A stretch of 64,000 bases of DNA, from contig OX597817.1 in NCBI GenBank assembly GCA_951406725.2, positions 172,732,001 through 172,796,000 on the forward strand, in the 5' to 3' direction. This document shows positions 25,139 to 38,711 of this stretch, piece by piece. Below the pieces are notes generated by a model that searched no databases, was not told the DNA's origin, and was given only the letters and a program-made list of their open reading frames with translations. A program made the position numbers and the translations under genes. Each line of letters opens with the position of its first letter. Position 1 is the first letter of the stretch. This DNA is from Octopus vulgaris. Lineage: Eukaryota.

Positions 25139-26350
25139 ATATGCAACTCGAAATACTTCAAGTCTTTGGTCCTCATGGCACAGAACACTGGCAAATTTTT
25201 TCTTATCTGCTTCCCCTCTGGCTAAATAAACCTGTCTCTTAGCTTCCCTTCTGGCAGTCTGATACAATTCCCTGCTACCTCCATTCTTCCAGTCCTTCCA
25301 AGCCTGTTTCTTTTGTCTAATAGCCCTGTCAACCACATTGTTCCATGACCATGTTACTTTGGGTCGAGAGGGGACTTTGCACCATCGACAGATCTGGTCA
25401 GTGGCTCTCAGCAGGTTGTCCCGTAGAAACTTCCAGTTGTCTTCTACATTATGTGATGCTATATCCCCTTCTATTTCGTCAAAGGCTTCGAATAATATGT
25501 CTCTAAATCTCTGTCCATTTGCCTGATCTTGAAGCTTCCAGACTCTTCTCCTCCAAGCTGGTCTTCTTCTGGGCATCGATTTAGTCCTGATCCCAAAGTC
25601 GCTAACTACTACTCTATGTTGAGGGTTACATTCTTCACCTGGGAAAGTTTTGGCATTTATAAGCATTCTTCTTTCCCTTTTTCTGGCGAGGATGTAGTCA
25701 ATTTGGCTAGTGTGACTGCCAGAATGGTAGGTGACTAGGTGACAGGCAGGTTTCCTGAAGTTGGTATTGCAAACCATAAGATCTTTTGCACCACAGAACT
25801 CCAGCAGTCTGGTTCCCTCCTCATTGCGGGAACCAAAACCATAGCCTCCATGTACACCATGGAAGCCCCTGCATGTTGTCCAACATGTCCATGGAAATCA
25901 CCAGCCACAAAGAGAAGGTCCCTGTCATTCGTCAACAAGGTAATCTGCAATAGTGTGTCATAAAATCAGTCTTTCTGCCCATCCGGCTGCCCCGGTTGAG
26001 GGGCATAGGCTGATATAAAGGTAGCTAACCTATGGTGAAGTACTAATCTAATCTTAAGTACTCTGTCACATACTCTGACTTCGTTGATTACCTTTTCAAC
26101 CCATTTCTCCGCAAGAAGTATACCCACGCCCCTGACCCTGTCAGTGTTCTCTGCCCAGAAAATCTTGTACCTGTGTTCTTTGCCTGTGAGGAACCTAGCA
26201 GAACCTCCTCTCCACCTTACTTCTTGGATGCAGCACAAATTTACACATCTCCGTTCAAGCATCTCAACAATCTCACCAGACCTACCTTTTAGTGTGCCAA
26301 CTCTGAGGGTGTGGGAGGTGTGGGCCTGTGAGACTCTGGGATGAGGGACA
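25139..26350 (-). mobile_element. RTE-clade LINE fragment (AP-endonuclease region), frameshifted
   Basis: ORFs 25966-26262, 25735-25950 and 25028-25777 give CCIQEVRW, ISAYAPQ, AGDFHGHVG, SQIDYIL and PQHRVVVSD, which are APE motifs. Confidence 0.9.
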
Positions 26351-26910
26351 GATATATATATAATAATATAAATATAATATATATCATCATCATCGTCATC
26401 CTCATCGTTTAACGTCCGTTCTCCATGCTAGCATGGGTTGGACGGTTCGACTGGGGTCTGTGAAGCCAGAAGGCTGCACCAGGCTCCAGTCTTATGTGGC
26501 AATGTTTCTACAGCTGGATGCCCTTTCTAACGCCAACCACTCCGTGAGTGTAGTGAGTGCTTTTTATGTGCCACCTGTAAAAAGGTGGCACGTATAATGT
26601 ATATATAATAATATAATATATATATATATATATATATAATAATATACATATATTATATTGTCTGTTTGTCTACATCATAACTTAGTGGTTTTGTATAAGG
26701 GAACTGATAAAATAAGGAACAGATTTAAAGAGAAGTAATGGGCTTGACTTCTTCAACTAAACCTGTCAAGGCCGTGCTGCTGCATGATCACAGTCCATTG
26801 ATTCGAGTAAAAGGTAAAAGATGAAACAAATTGGATATTGATTGATAATGTTATTGCTTTTTTTTGCTTGATGTATTAATGATGTGTCTGTTTCCTTGCA
26901 TCTTTTTCAG

Positions 26911-27026
26911 GTTTACCTGTTTCCCCTGGCAGTGGTGGCATGTGGGAATCTCAGCTTCTCAAAATTCCAGCAGTCTCTCCTTCCATAATGAATTGTTGTG
27001 TTATGAAGGTGGATTATTTTGTTAAG
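26911..27026 (+). CDS. ARRDC3: Alpha-arrestin exon (arrestin C domain)
   Basis: tctttttcag acceptor, GTATCG donor; 116 nt, phase 1 to 0. Reads (G)LPVSPGSGGMWESQLLKIPAVSPSIMNCCVMKVDYFVK, containing the ARRDC 'LLKIP.VSPSI..C' motif. Confidence 0.93.
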
Positions 27027-27447
27027 GTATCGTTTTCTGTCTTCAGCCTTTCCATTGACAATTTTGATCTGAATATGGCAAAACCGTTATCACATCAGGC
27101 AAAACGCTTAGCAGCATTTCATCAATCTTTACATTCTGAGTTCAACTTCAGCCGCTTCGCTTTTCATCCTTTCAGGGTCAATAAATAAGTACCAGTTGAA
27201 TACTGGGGTTGATGTAATTGATTCACCCCTCCTCCAAAATTACTGGCCTTGTGCCAAAATTTGAAATTAATATGTTAGAGTCTTTGAACTTTCTCAAGAG
27301 GGGTTGATTTTAATGATTTTTCTTTAGTGGCATAAGAAGCCAAATGAAACTGTGTGTGCCCTTGATTTTCTCTGGCTCCCCAATACTGGCAAGATCAATG
27401 TCCATCCCAATCATTGGGAAGTCAATGTCTGCAAAATGAATAAATAG

Positions 27448-27595
27448 GCACGGGCATGGCTGTGGGGTAAGAAGCTTGCTTTCCAGCCACATGGTTCTGG
27501 TTTCAGTCCCACTTGGGCTAGTGTCTTCTATTATAACCTTGGGCTGACCAAAGCCTTGTGAGTGGATTTGATAGACAGAAACTGAAAGAAGCCTG

Positions 27596-27647
<52 letters not shown>

Positions 27648-27815
27648 GTGTGTATGTGTGTATTTGAGTCTGTGTTTGTCCCCCCATCACCGCTTGATGG
27701 AATAAGTACGAGGCATAACAAAAAATAAATACTGGGATCAAATCATTTGACTAAAAAGAATGCTCCAGCATGACCACAATCAAATGAGTGGAACAAGTAA
27801 AAGTATAAAAGAATA
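27448..27815 (+). mobile_element. tRNA-derived SINE (family A), diverged
   Basis: Same head, microsatellite middle and tail, with deletions. Confidence 0.75.
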
Positions 27816-27828
27816 AATAAATGAATAA

Positions 27829-28190
27829 AACAAGAGCACTCAGGGAGCGCAAACCTCCCCCAAGGCAACACCAACGTCCTCTCAATGATTAGCCAGAGAT
27901 GATTTTTAAAATGAGAACATCTGAAATAAACTCGACTGCTCTCACAAACGAGAATACTAAAAATGAACCTGACCACTCTCAAAAATTAAGTAGAAAACAG
28001 AAAAAAATAATCCAGAATTCTTGGCCGGTACCAGATTGATCCCAAAATCTAATCAGTTCATGCCAGTCACAAAACCAAGCATCTCTGAAAGTTTCACCCA
28101 AATCCATGTAGCAGTTCTTGAGATATCTTGTCCACAGACAAACAAACGCGACTGAAAACAATACCTCCATCCTCACTAAGACGGACATAA
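27829..28190. mobile_element. Non-autonomous Helentron-like (HINE-type) element
   Basis: AACAAGAG...aacctcc start and ACAGACAAACAAAC...gaaaacaatacctcc end. The family call rests on terminal patterns only. Confidence 0.4.
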
Positions 28191-28429
28191 TGAAATAGAA
28201 TGGAACATGGATGAGAATGGTAATTTCAGAGGATTGACATTTTGTAGTGAAAGGATTGTGTATAGTTATTAGTGCAGGAGCTTGTTGGTGAGAGAAAGGG
28301 ATAAGAAGAGCATTGGGTGGGCTTGGGTAGAGATGATATACGGACAACTAGTTCAACGGAGTAGAGGTTGTTATAGTGCATAGAATTGGCAGAGTGAGGG
28401 GTCAATATATTTATGGGCCAGATTTTAAT

Positions 28430-28700
28430 GTGTTGGTGAGTAAGCCTTTATCAACTGGTCTGTTGACTTTCTTTCGAATGTAGTCTTGAATGTTTTATAC
28501 ATGTGATCAGTATTCCATTGTGGATCCTGGGTTTTGTTGATAGTCAGCAAGTAATCGAGAGTGAAGTAATTTCTGGCCCTGAAAAGAAGCACTAGTTTTT
28601 GGGACACAAGTTTTAGATGTGCTGTGTATGTAGGGTTGCCAAGAGAGGTCCACAGAAATTGTGGTATCAAATGTTCGATACCACAATGTTTAAATGTTTT
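28430..28700 (-). mobile_element. Decayed LINE RT remnant
   Basis: SQKLVLLFRARNYFT...LLTINKTQ resembles the LINE thumb-domain 'KLG.L.R...F....L...YK.Q' pattern. Confidence 0.45.
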
Positions 28701-30546
28701 AGCTTTAATAATGAAATTATTGTATACAACACTCATCCAAGTCTAGAAACCGTGAAGTATAAATACTGTTTGCTTGATATGAGCAGTGATTCGGTCTTTG
28801 TATTGTTGAAGAAAACCTGTTTGTCATGTTTCTATTAAGACTATGTTTTTGAAATATCCATTCATGGAGGCAGGGCACATTTAACATGAGTTGTCTTGGT
28901 TGCATGTAAATGTCTGTGTGTAAATAGTTAGTTTGTTAGTTAACTTGGCCCTCCTGTTCAAAGAACATCAGGCTACCTGAGCTTTCCAGTCATCTTTGCC
29001 AAATGCCAGGTCCCAAGCCTTGTTCTAGCTCTTGTCGTCACATGAGATCTTGTTTCACTACTGCCAGCCATTTCTTCCTGGACACTCTTTCTTCTTGGGA
29101 TCCTGCAGAGACCACTGCAGACACTGGTGTGGAAGATAGGAGTATCCATCCTGGTCACATATCCAAGCCACTTTATCCTCTGCTGGCTACCAACTGACAT
29201 AACATGAGAACCTAAATTTTGGTATGACTGCACTGGTATGGACATGTGGTGCAAATGGATGAGGACAGCTGTGTGAAAAAGTGTCACACCCTAGCAGTTG
29301 AGGGAACCTGTGGAAGAGGTAGACCCAGGAAGACCTGGAATGAGGTGGTGAAGCACAACCTTTGAACATTAGGCCTCACCGAAGCAATGACTAGTGACTG
29401 AAACCTTTGGAAATATGCTGTGCTTGAGAAGACTTGGCAAGCAAAGTGAGACCATAACCCGTGGCCTATGCCAGTGGTGTAACCAGCCTACTTATGTGTT
29501 GTTTGCAAAGACTTGTTGAGGCAAGTGAAATCACAATCAAAATCAAATTTGCTGATGTGGCCAATGACAGCACCGCATGACTGGCACCTGTGCCAGTGGA
29601 ATGTTAAAAGTAACATCCAAGCGTGATTGTTGCCAGGGCCACTGACTGGCTCTCATGCTGGAGGAACATAGAAAGCACCATTCAAGCGTGATCATTACCA
29701 GCGTCACCTTACTGGCACTTGTGCTGGTGGCACGTGAAAAACAACATTCAAGTGAGGTCATTGCCAGTGCCGCTGGACTGGCTCCTGTGCAGGTGGCACA
29801 CAAAAAAGACCATTTGAGTGTAGCCATCGCCAGTACTGCCTGACTGGCCCTCGTGCCGGTGGCATGTAAAAGCACACACTATACTCTCAGAGTGGTTGGT
29901 GTTAGGAAGGGCATCCAGCTGTAGAAATTCTGCCAGATCAGATTGGAGCCTGGTGCAGCCATCTGGCTCACCAGTCCTCAGTCACACCTTCCAACCTATG
30001 TCAGCATGGAAAGCGATGATGACAATGATGAGGTTGTGACACAGTCTCTATGAAATGTAGTGAATGTTACGCAAGCATCTTTACTGAAAGATGTTCACTT
30101 TTCTCTCTGGTGTCTTATTGAGAAGCTGGGACTCACAGCCGTAGAGAAGGTTAGAGAAGACCCTGTTTGATCACAGCTGGGTTTTGATCTTCGTATTGGT
30201 TAGGGAGGAGCTTAAAGTGGTTTCATCTGCATGAATGAGCATTGTTAAAGCTGACAGATGTATTCTGGAATCAGTGATGCCAAGTGAATATTGCTAAATT
30301 CTTTAGTATTCCCTATATTACCTCTTTAAAATCCCTTTGATACCAACCTGCATGAGTATGCTCTTGGTCTTATGATAAAACCTTCTTGTTTTAAAGAGAT
30401 TTAAATTAAAACTTGCCAGTAACATTTCACATTAATTTAATTTCCAAACAGCAGCTTAATAACGACTAAGTAATTTTACTAAATTCTTCACTCTTTTCAA
30501 AATTAATTGAAACAAAGGTAGTGTATTTCTGAAGGTTACAAATAGG

Positions 30547-30671
30547 TTTTGCATGTTGTAGAAATATAACCAATCTATTTGCACATATATTTTAACAACA
30601 AAACTCTTATATAGACCCCTAAGGGCCGTATGGATCCCAGTTGAAAACCACTGCTTTAGGACAACAAATGG
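30547..30671. repeat. 125-bp inverted duplicate of 31278-31402
   Basis: Reverse complement with 2 mismatches. Confidence 0.9.
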
Positions 30672-31020
30672 TTTGCGCAAGTATGCTGCCAGACATAAAT
30701 CGTCTGTAAGAATTTTGTCATACCATTTAAAAAAAAATGTGAAAATTTTATTCTTAATATATATTTCGGTTTTGGATTTGGTTTGCAAGATTCTTTATGT
30801 GAGTTCACGTGTTGAAGCATATTCTGTTGTGTCTGGGGAGAGTCATTTTCTTTTTGTGCCTTATAATGTAACACAAGACTCTTGAAAAGGTTGCAAGATG
30901 TAACGAAAATTTTAGGAAAATAAAAATAAATTAGTGGAAATTTTGCCAGTGAGTGTGTTAAATTTTAAAATATTAATTTTCACAATATGATGTTTAAAAG
31001 CAAGAATTTTGCAACTATAT

Positions 31021-31250
31021 TCAACCCTTTCATTACTGTATTTCTTTTGAGATGCTCTGTGTTTCTTCCAATTAATTTTAAATATAACAAAGAATTTAGT
31101 AAAATAACTTAGTTATCATTCAGCTAGTGTTAGGAACATAAATTGTGATTAAGGTTTGGTGGAAGATTTTAATTCAGAACTTATGAAAACAAAACATTTG
31201 TACTACAGAGCCAGAGGCGGTTTCAGCCGGGTTGTTATCAAAAGGGTTAA
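31021..31250. mobile_element. TTAA-flanked MITE copy
   Basis: Matches 5141-5368 and ends aaaagggTTAA. Confidence 0.8.
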
Positions 31251-31295
31251 AAAACATTTTGTGATACTTTCATCTAGCCATTTGTTGTCCTAAAG

Positions 31296-31555
31296 CAGTG
31301 GTTTTCAACTGGGATCCATATGGCCCTTAGGGGTCTATATAAGAGTTTTGTCGTTAAAATATATGTGCAAATAGATTGGTTATATTTCTACAACATGCAA
31401 AATATTTTAACAATTTTTAAAAAGTAATTTGTAATAATATTTAATTTAAAGAATATAATAAGGTCTTTTTAAAACATGGAATGGCTAGAAGGATCCATCT
31501 GAATAAAATAGGAATCAAAGGGGTCCATAGCTAAAAAATTAGTTGAGAAACACTG
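31296..31555. mobile_element. hAT-type MITE
   Basis: TIRs CAGTGGTTTTCAACT / AGTTGAGAAACACTG, with an 8-bp TSD TCCTAAAG / TCCTGAAG. Confidence 0.88.
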
Positions 31556-32117
31556 TCCTGAAGAATTTTTAAGGAATTGAAAAACATTTCTTCAAAACTA
31601 GGTCCTTTGTTTTCTCCTTACCAGCTGGTTCATTTAAAAGGCGTTTTTTAATATTTTTGTGTGTAGCAGCTATGACATTAAAACAATGATTTCTTCATCT
31701 AACTGAAGTTTTCTACCAAATGAGTATCAGTGTCAAATATCTGTTTTTACTTGTTTCAGTCATTTGACTGTGGCCACATTGGGGAAACCACCTTGTGCGG
31801 GCCCATGAACCTGGTTAGGCTTTAAAAGGGCGCATTTATTTTTTAAATTGACCCCCAGCACTTATTTTGTTTGAACCTGGAACCATGTGGTGGGGAAGCA
31901 AGCTTCTTACCACACAAATAAATAAAATAAAAGGTTGATTTATGTGGATTTAATAGAGCTGGCTCCTATCAAAAGTAACGTACTGAGAGACCAAGTTCAG
32001 CTAGTTTGAATGTTAAAGCATTTATTGTCGAAACTGAATCTATGCAGACTAATATGAATGAGATCTAAGTCAAATAATATATAAAGTTTCTTTTCTTTTT
32101 TATCTTCCTATTTTCAG

Positions 32118-32325
32118 GTTGCATTACACATCCCAGGATCATACAATCTGACACTACAGCTACCTGTAGTGATAGGTACTGTTCCTTATCGAAGAGCACG
32201 TCCTTATCACTACTCTTCCGAACCTCGATACTGCCGACCACTCCAACCACAAACATGTAGCCTAAACCTGTTACCTTTACCGCCACCTTACAGAGAAACT
32301 GTTACCCCACCACCTCCATTCGAAG
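32118..32325 (+). CDS. ARRDC3: Alpha-arrestin exon (end of C domain and start of the Pro-rich tail, with PPPY)
   Basis: ttttcag acceptor, GTAAGT donor; 208 nt, phase 0 to 1. Reads VALHIPGSYNLTLQLPVVIGTVPYRRARP...LPLPPPYRETVTPPPPFE, containing the 'LP.VIGT.P' arrestin signature. Confidence 0.93.
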
Positions 32326-32830
32326 GTAAGTTGGTCAGTTGGGAGTATTACTAATAAATTGGTTGCTACACCTATTGTAAATTTTTATTCGAAGTGTAAA
32401 ATATTTCCTGGTATTAACCTAATTTTCACTTAAATAATCTGCATGCTTTGCTGAAGTGTATGGGTAGACAGGTGCATGCATGACACTGTATTTAAGAATT
32501 TGGGTTTCAGCCATGTGATTTTGGGTTCAGACTATCCTAACAGAAAGGGAGGTTATATATATATCCTTCCTTTCTGTTAAGAGGCACAAACACTTACAAA
32601 GTACTTATGGTAAAAGTGCCCGTGTGGTGCCACGTAAAAGCATCCAGCACACTCTGTAAAGTGGTTGGTGTTAGAAAGGGCATCCAGCTGTAGAGACCAT
32701 GCCAAATCAGACTGGAGTCTAGTGCAGCCCCTTCAGCTTGCCAGCTGTGGTCAAACCATCAAACCCATACCAACATGGTTGATGGATATTAAATGATGAT
32801 TTATATATATGTGTATATATATATATATGT

Positions 32831-33112
32831 GGAGGCGCAATAGCCCAGTGGTTAGGGCAGCGGACTCGCGGTTTCGATTCCCAGACTGGGCGTTGTGAGT
32901 GTTTATTGAGCGAAAACACCTAAAGCTCCACGTGGCTGTGGCAGGGGATGGTGGCGATCCCTGCTGTACTCTTTCGCCACAACTTTCTCTCACTCTTTCT
33001 TCTGTAGGCCTGCTCGCTTAGCCAGTGGGGTGGCATCATTTGAAGGCTAAAACAATGTGAAGCGCATTGTGACCAGCGACGTGTAGCAACATCTGATAGC
33101 CTGGTCGGTGAC
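32831..33112 (+). mobile_element. tRNA-derived SINE (family B)
   Basis: Highly similar to 12984-13292. Confidence 0.75.
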
Positions 33113-33369
33113 AGAAATATATATATATATATTTAAATAATAAGGGAGATAAATTGACTATTAATTTAATCAATATCAATTTCAAACCAGTAGCCTAGCG
33201 TATAAAAAATCTGAAAAATCAGAGAAAATTTCAATACATGTGTATATTTAGGGAAACCACTAGGTGGATAACCATACGCTAGAAGAAGATCACATATGAT
33301 CTAACTACAAAGAAAAAATGTTCTCCAGAGAAAATTCAGCGAACACCAGAACATAAGCGGGCAAGACAG

Positions 33370-34084
33370 TGATTTGCGTTGGACAAAACACATCGCTAAA
33401 ATTGTCAAGAAGGCTGAGGGTGTCTTGGCATCACTCACCAAATCCTTTGTGAGCTGCTCTCCGGCTATCTATCTGCGGCTTTATATAGCTATGGTAAGAC
33501 CTCACCTGGAATTTGCATCACCGGTCTGGAACCCCTATCTTGCCCAGGACATCAATCGTCTGGAAGCTGTTCAGCGACATGCAACCAAAAGAATACCCTC
33601 CATCAGGCATTTGCCATATCCTGAACGCCTTACTTCCCTGGGCATGGACACATTGAAACTCCGACGTCTGGAAGCTGACTTGGCAGACACCCATAAAATT
33701 ATCAACCATCGCACAAACAATAACTCTGAGCACCTCTTCAAACTCCACCCATCTAACACCCATGGACATATTTACAAAGTAAGAAAACAGCACAGCTCCC
33801 ATGACTTCAGGAAACATTTTTTCACGCTGAGAGTTGCTGAAGCATGGAACAAACTGCCGGCATCGGTTGTTAGTTGTCGGAGCACTGCATCCTTCAAAAC
33901 TTCCATGCTTCCTGAGATTCGCCAACACTACACCTGATTTTCTCCCCTCCATACACACACAAGCATGTATCTGACTCATACATTGTTCGCTTTCCAGACA
34001 TTTGTACATTACTGCATGTACTTTATATGCACTTTCTGACAAGTTGTGGTGCACCTGATCACTGTATACAATAATTTCATTATT
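33370..34084 (+). mobile_element. CR1-clade LINE 3' fragment
   Basis: LYIAMVRPHLEFASPVWNPY...LEAVQRHATK...FFTLRVAEAWNKLP, ending in an (ATT)n tail. Confidence 0.9.
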
Positions 34085-34529
34085 AAGACAGATGAAAATT
34101 ATATAAAAATCAAGAATTAATCATGATATTTACCATGTGAAGTATGATGATGAAAAATATGAGAAAGATATGGTATATAATTTTTTTTTGTGCAGGGGTT
34201 CCTTGAGACATGTAATTTATTTTAAGGGTTACGCAAGGGTAAAAATGTTGAGAAACACTGGTCTAATGACTGAAACAAGTTATAGGTAAATGATAAAAGA
34301 TACATATATGCATGGAATACGAATGTTAAAACGATGATGATATTAGAAATTCGATTTCATGTGTGAAACTAAATGTTGTTTTGTAAAGGAGTAGCTGAAA
34401 TATAGGAGGAGGCTAGCATGTCTGAAAGAAAAGCTGTTACTGAGAGAAAGAGACAAGTTATCACCTGAATTTTGTAGCTTTGTATTGTCATATTAACATT
34501 TTTGAAAAAAGAATATATGCAAGAATATA

Positions 34530-34690
34530 GGCGCAGGAGTGGCTGTGTGGTAAGTAGCTTGCCATGGTTCCGGGTTCAGTCCCACTGCGTGGCATCTTGG
34601 ACAAGTGTCTTCTGCTATAGCCCCGGGCCGACCAATGCCTTGTGAGTGGATTTGGTAGACGGAAACTGAAAGAAGCCTGTCGTATATATG

Positions 34691-34723
<33 letters not shown>

Positions 34724-34945
34724 GTGTGTGTATGTGTTTGTGTATCTGTGTTTGTCCCCCTAGCATTGCTTGACAACCGATGCTGGTGTGTTTACGTCCC
34801 CGTCACTTAGCGGTTCGGCAAAGAAGACCGATAGAATAAGTACTGGGCTTACAAAGAATAAGTCCCGGGGTCGATTTGCTCTACTAAGGGCGGTGCTCCA
34901 GCATGGCCACAGTCAAATGACTGAAACCAGTAAAAGAAAGAGAAA
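34530..34945 (+). mobile_element. tRNA-derived SINE (family A)
   Basis: Near-identical full-length copy. Confidence 0.85.
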
Positions 34946-35581
34946 AAAAAGAAGCCAAAAGGACCAAAATTTTATTCCTGTTGAGATACATCTACTGAAA
35001 GACAGTCTCTGATTAGCTTTCAAGACCAACCATTCACAATATTTATTCCAGTCGGCCAATGGATCTGCCTCAAACTCCTTTCAGCTTGTATCACTTGTGC
35101 TGATCGATCGGCCTGGGTGTCCCGAGAGGGTCCAAAGGTGTGCATTGTTCCTTTTGTAATACCCAGTGTTTTAGGGTTTGATGTCAAATTATTGAAAATA
35201 GTTGAGTGAAAATACAATTGATTAGAAATAGTTAAATGAAACAGCAATCAATTGAAGAAACAATTGCTTGAATCAACAATTAGTTGAATTATAGTAAATG
35301 TTCAAAATACAGTTAATAGGTTAGGGTTATTAGAATAATTTTCTTTTTAAAATGTTATGCAATGTGCATGCGTGTGTGTGTGTGTGTGTGGTTTTGTTTA
35401 CTGTTGAAAACTTCTGTAGTTTGTTCATCTCCCTCTCCCTTCTACCAAACCCATTTAGAAGGCTTTTGGTTGGCCTGGAGCCTTAGTAAAAAACACTTGC
35501 CAAAAATACTGTGCAGTGGGACTGAACCTGAAACCATGTGATTGGGAAGTGAACACCTTAACCACACAGCCATGCTTGCAC

Positions 35582-35582
<1 letters not shown>

Positions 35583-35638
<56 letters not shown>
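35583..35638. repeat. (GT)n microsatellite
   Basis: Read directly from the sequence. Confidence 0.98.
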
Positions 35639-35641
<3 letters not shown>

Positions 35642-36307
35642 CTCTCTTTGTTTACATCTGTTCTCAATTATATGAAAGTCACAACATCTGAGTAATGTTG
35701 TTGTTGGCACTTCCCCTGTAATTAATCATTTGCGTATTTCATATCTTCAGTGCTGGATGGAATAAGAAATCTGTTGCTAGAAAAACAGGTCAAAGTTAGT
35801 ATCAGGAAGGGCATCCAACAAACACTGTTAAAGTAACATATTTATATATAACCCATGCTGACATGAGTAAAACAAACACAAAAACAAATATATGGATGTA
35901 TATATTGTTAGTAGCTGAAGCCACTTGAATTGTTCCTTTGAGGTTCACAATGCTGATTATTTAATTGAACGAAGAAGGGAAGTAGCATGACAACGTATAA
36001 GCAAAAATATTAACAAACACATTGAGATATGATTCATAATTGTGATTGGATTAGGAAATCCATCATATCATCATCATCATTATCATCATTTAACATCCAC
36101 CTTCCATGCTAGCATGGGTTAGATGGCTGCTAGCATTCACCTATTCAATTGTTCTATGTAAAAGACATGATATATTCCTCTTTTCACATGCAAAAACATA
36201 TTTTCATGTCTTGCATTTTATATGTGAAATTTAAAAGCAAAGTCATCAGCTATCATTAATATAGTTTTAATGTTGAAGAAAATCTAAGTGGTTTTTTTTT
36301 TTTGTTC

Positions 36308-36429
36308 TCCATGGTTCCGGGTTCAATCCCACTGCGTGGCACCTTGGGCAGGTGTCTTCTACTATAGCCTCGGTCCGACCAAATCCTTGTGAGTGGATTT
36401 GGTAGACAGAAACTGAAAGAAGCCTATCG

Positions 36430-36476
<47 letters not shown>

Positions 36477-36750
36477 TGTAGACGGAAACTGAAAGAAGCC
36501 CGTCGTATATATTTACATATATATGTGTGTGTGTGTACATGTGTGTGTGTCTGTATTTGTCCCCCCAACATCGCTTGACAACCGATGGCGGTGTGTTTTC
36601 GTCCCCATGACTTAGCGGTTCGGCAAAAGAGACCGATAGAATAAGTACTAGGCTTACAAAGAATAAGTCCCAGGGTCGATTTGCTCGACTCAAGGCGGTG
36701 CTCCAGCATGGCCACAGTCAAATGACTGAAACAAGTAAAAAGAGTAAAAA
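36308..36750 (+). mobile_element. tRNA-derived SINE (family A) with an internal duplication
   Basis: The gtagac.gaaactgaaagaagcc-(TA)n-(TG)n block occurs twice (about 36402 and about 36478). Confidence 0.8.
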
Positions 36751-36832
36751 GAAAAAGTGTATATGTAGCTGTCTTTCAGAGAATGGCAAATCCATGATGT
36801 GGGAAATAAGCTATTTGGATGATGTTGATGAT

Positions 36833-36962
<130 letters not shown>

Positions 36963-38195
36963 AGGAGTGAGAGAGAGAGTGCACTACTACTTTTATCACT
37001 GAAAATCTCAGTTGTATGCAGTAGCACTTTGGGTTTCCGCCAGAGTTTGTTTGCCCTGCTCTGACTAGGTGTAGATTGACATCATTCAAAATGTCCAGTC
37101 ATCTTTCGTATTTGAATCAGCATAGTGATGGAAACAACTATGAGGTTGCTGTTGTCACTGCATGCAATCTGCACCCAATGACCTAATCTAAGAACAGTAA
37201 AAGTGGTGTAAGGTAGGGATCCTCAACCACCTGGCTGCAGATCTGTTCCAGGCTGTGGATCATTTGGTACCGGGCTGCACAGAAAGAATATATTTTCAAA
37301 TTTTATTTCTGTTGCAGTCTGCAAAGTGGTTTTGCCTCATCATCATCATCATCATCATCATTTAACGTCCGCTTTCCATGCTAGCATGGGTTGGACGGTT
37401 CAACTGGGGTCTGGGGAGCCCGAAGGCTGCACCAGGCCAGTCAGATCTGGCAGTGTTTCTACAGCTGGATGCCCTTCCTAACGCCAACCACTCCGAGAGT
37501 GTAGTGGGTGATTTTATGTGCCACCGACACAGGTGCCAGACGAGGCTGGCGAACGGCCACGCTCGGATGGTGTTTGTTACGTGCCCACAGCACGGACGCC
37601 AGTCGATGCGGTACTGGCTACGGCCACGTTCGGATGGTTGTTATATGTAATAATTAAATCATATTTTATGCAGTTTGTTGTGTTTCGTTTTCCTCATATT
37701 TTCTCAGTCTGTGGAAGAATTGTCTTGCATGGAACTGGTCCATGGTGCAAAAATGTTTGGAGACTGCTGGTATAAAGGACAGCATATCTTCTTGTTTTCA
37801 CTGTACCAAGTTTTTGGCCTAATGATAATTTTATTTATTTATTGCCCACAAGGGGCTAAACATAGAGGGGACAAACAAGGACAGACAGGGATTAAGTTGA
37901 TTACATCGACCCCAGTGCACAACTGCTACTTAATTTATCGAACACGAAAGGATGAAAGACAAAGTCGACCTCAGCGGAATTTGAACTCAGAACGTAGCGG
38001 CAGACGAAATACCACTAAGCATTTCACCTGGCGTGCTAACGTTTCTGCCAGCTCACCAATCTATAAATCTTGTTTTCATCTTCCTCTTCAACTTCCCCTA
38101 ATCATGGAAACACTGCAGAAACTGTCATAGGCACTATCTTTCTTCTTCTGATTAAGTTATAAAAGATTTTGTAAATAAATTCTATTTACATTTAT

Positions 38196-38540
38196 ATGTC
38201 TAACACCCATGGACATGTTTACAAAGTCAGAAAACAGCACAGCTCCCATGACTTTCAGGAACATTTTTTCTTGCTAAGTGTTGCTGAAGCATGGAACAAA
38301 CCGCCGGCATCAGTTGTTAGTTGTCGGAGCACTGCATCCTTCAAAACTTCCATGCTTCCTGAGATTCGCCAACACTACACCTGATTTTCTCCCCTCCATA
38401 CACACGCAAGCAAGTATCTGACTCATACACTGTTCACTTCCCAGACATTTGTACATTACTGCATATACTTTATACGCACTTCTGATAAGTTGTGGTACAC
38501 CTGAGCACTGTATACAATAATTTCATTATTATTATTATTA
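38196..38540 (+). mobile_element. CR1 LINE 3' end, 5'-truncated
   Basis: Near-identical to 33750-34084, with an (ATT)n tail. Confidence 0.9.
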
Positions 38541-38565
38541 TATATTTTTCCTTTCTTTCTTGCAG

Positions 38566-38711
38566 AACCTCCAACATATGCTGAGAGTGTTGGCGGTGCA
38601 GTTGATATTCGCGATGAAGATGATGATCTAACATGTAATATGGGAGATCTCACCTATACACCAATGTATACATATGTATACGATTACAGACCTCCACCAG
38701 CCTATTCAGAG
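38566..38711 (+). CDS. ARRDC3: Alpha-arrestin exon with PPTY and PPAY motifs
   Basis: ctttcttgcag acceptor, GTAAAT donor; 146 nt, phase 1 to 0. Reads (E)PPTYAESVGGAVDIRDEDDDLTCNMGDLTYTPMYTYVYDYRPPPAYSE. Confidence 0.92.
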
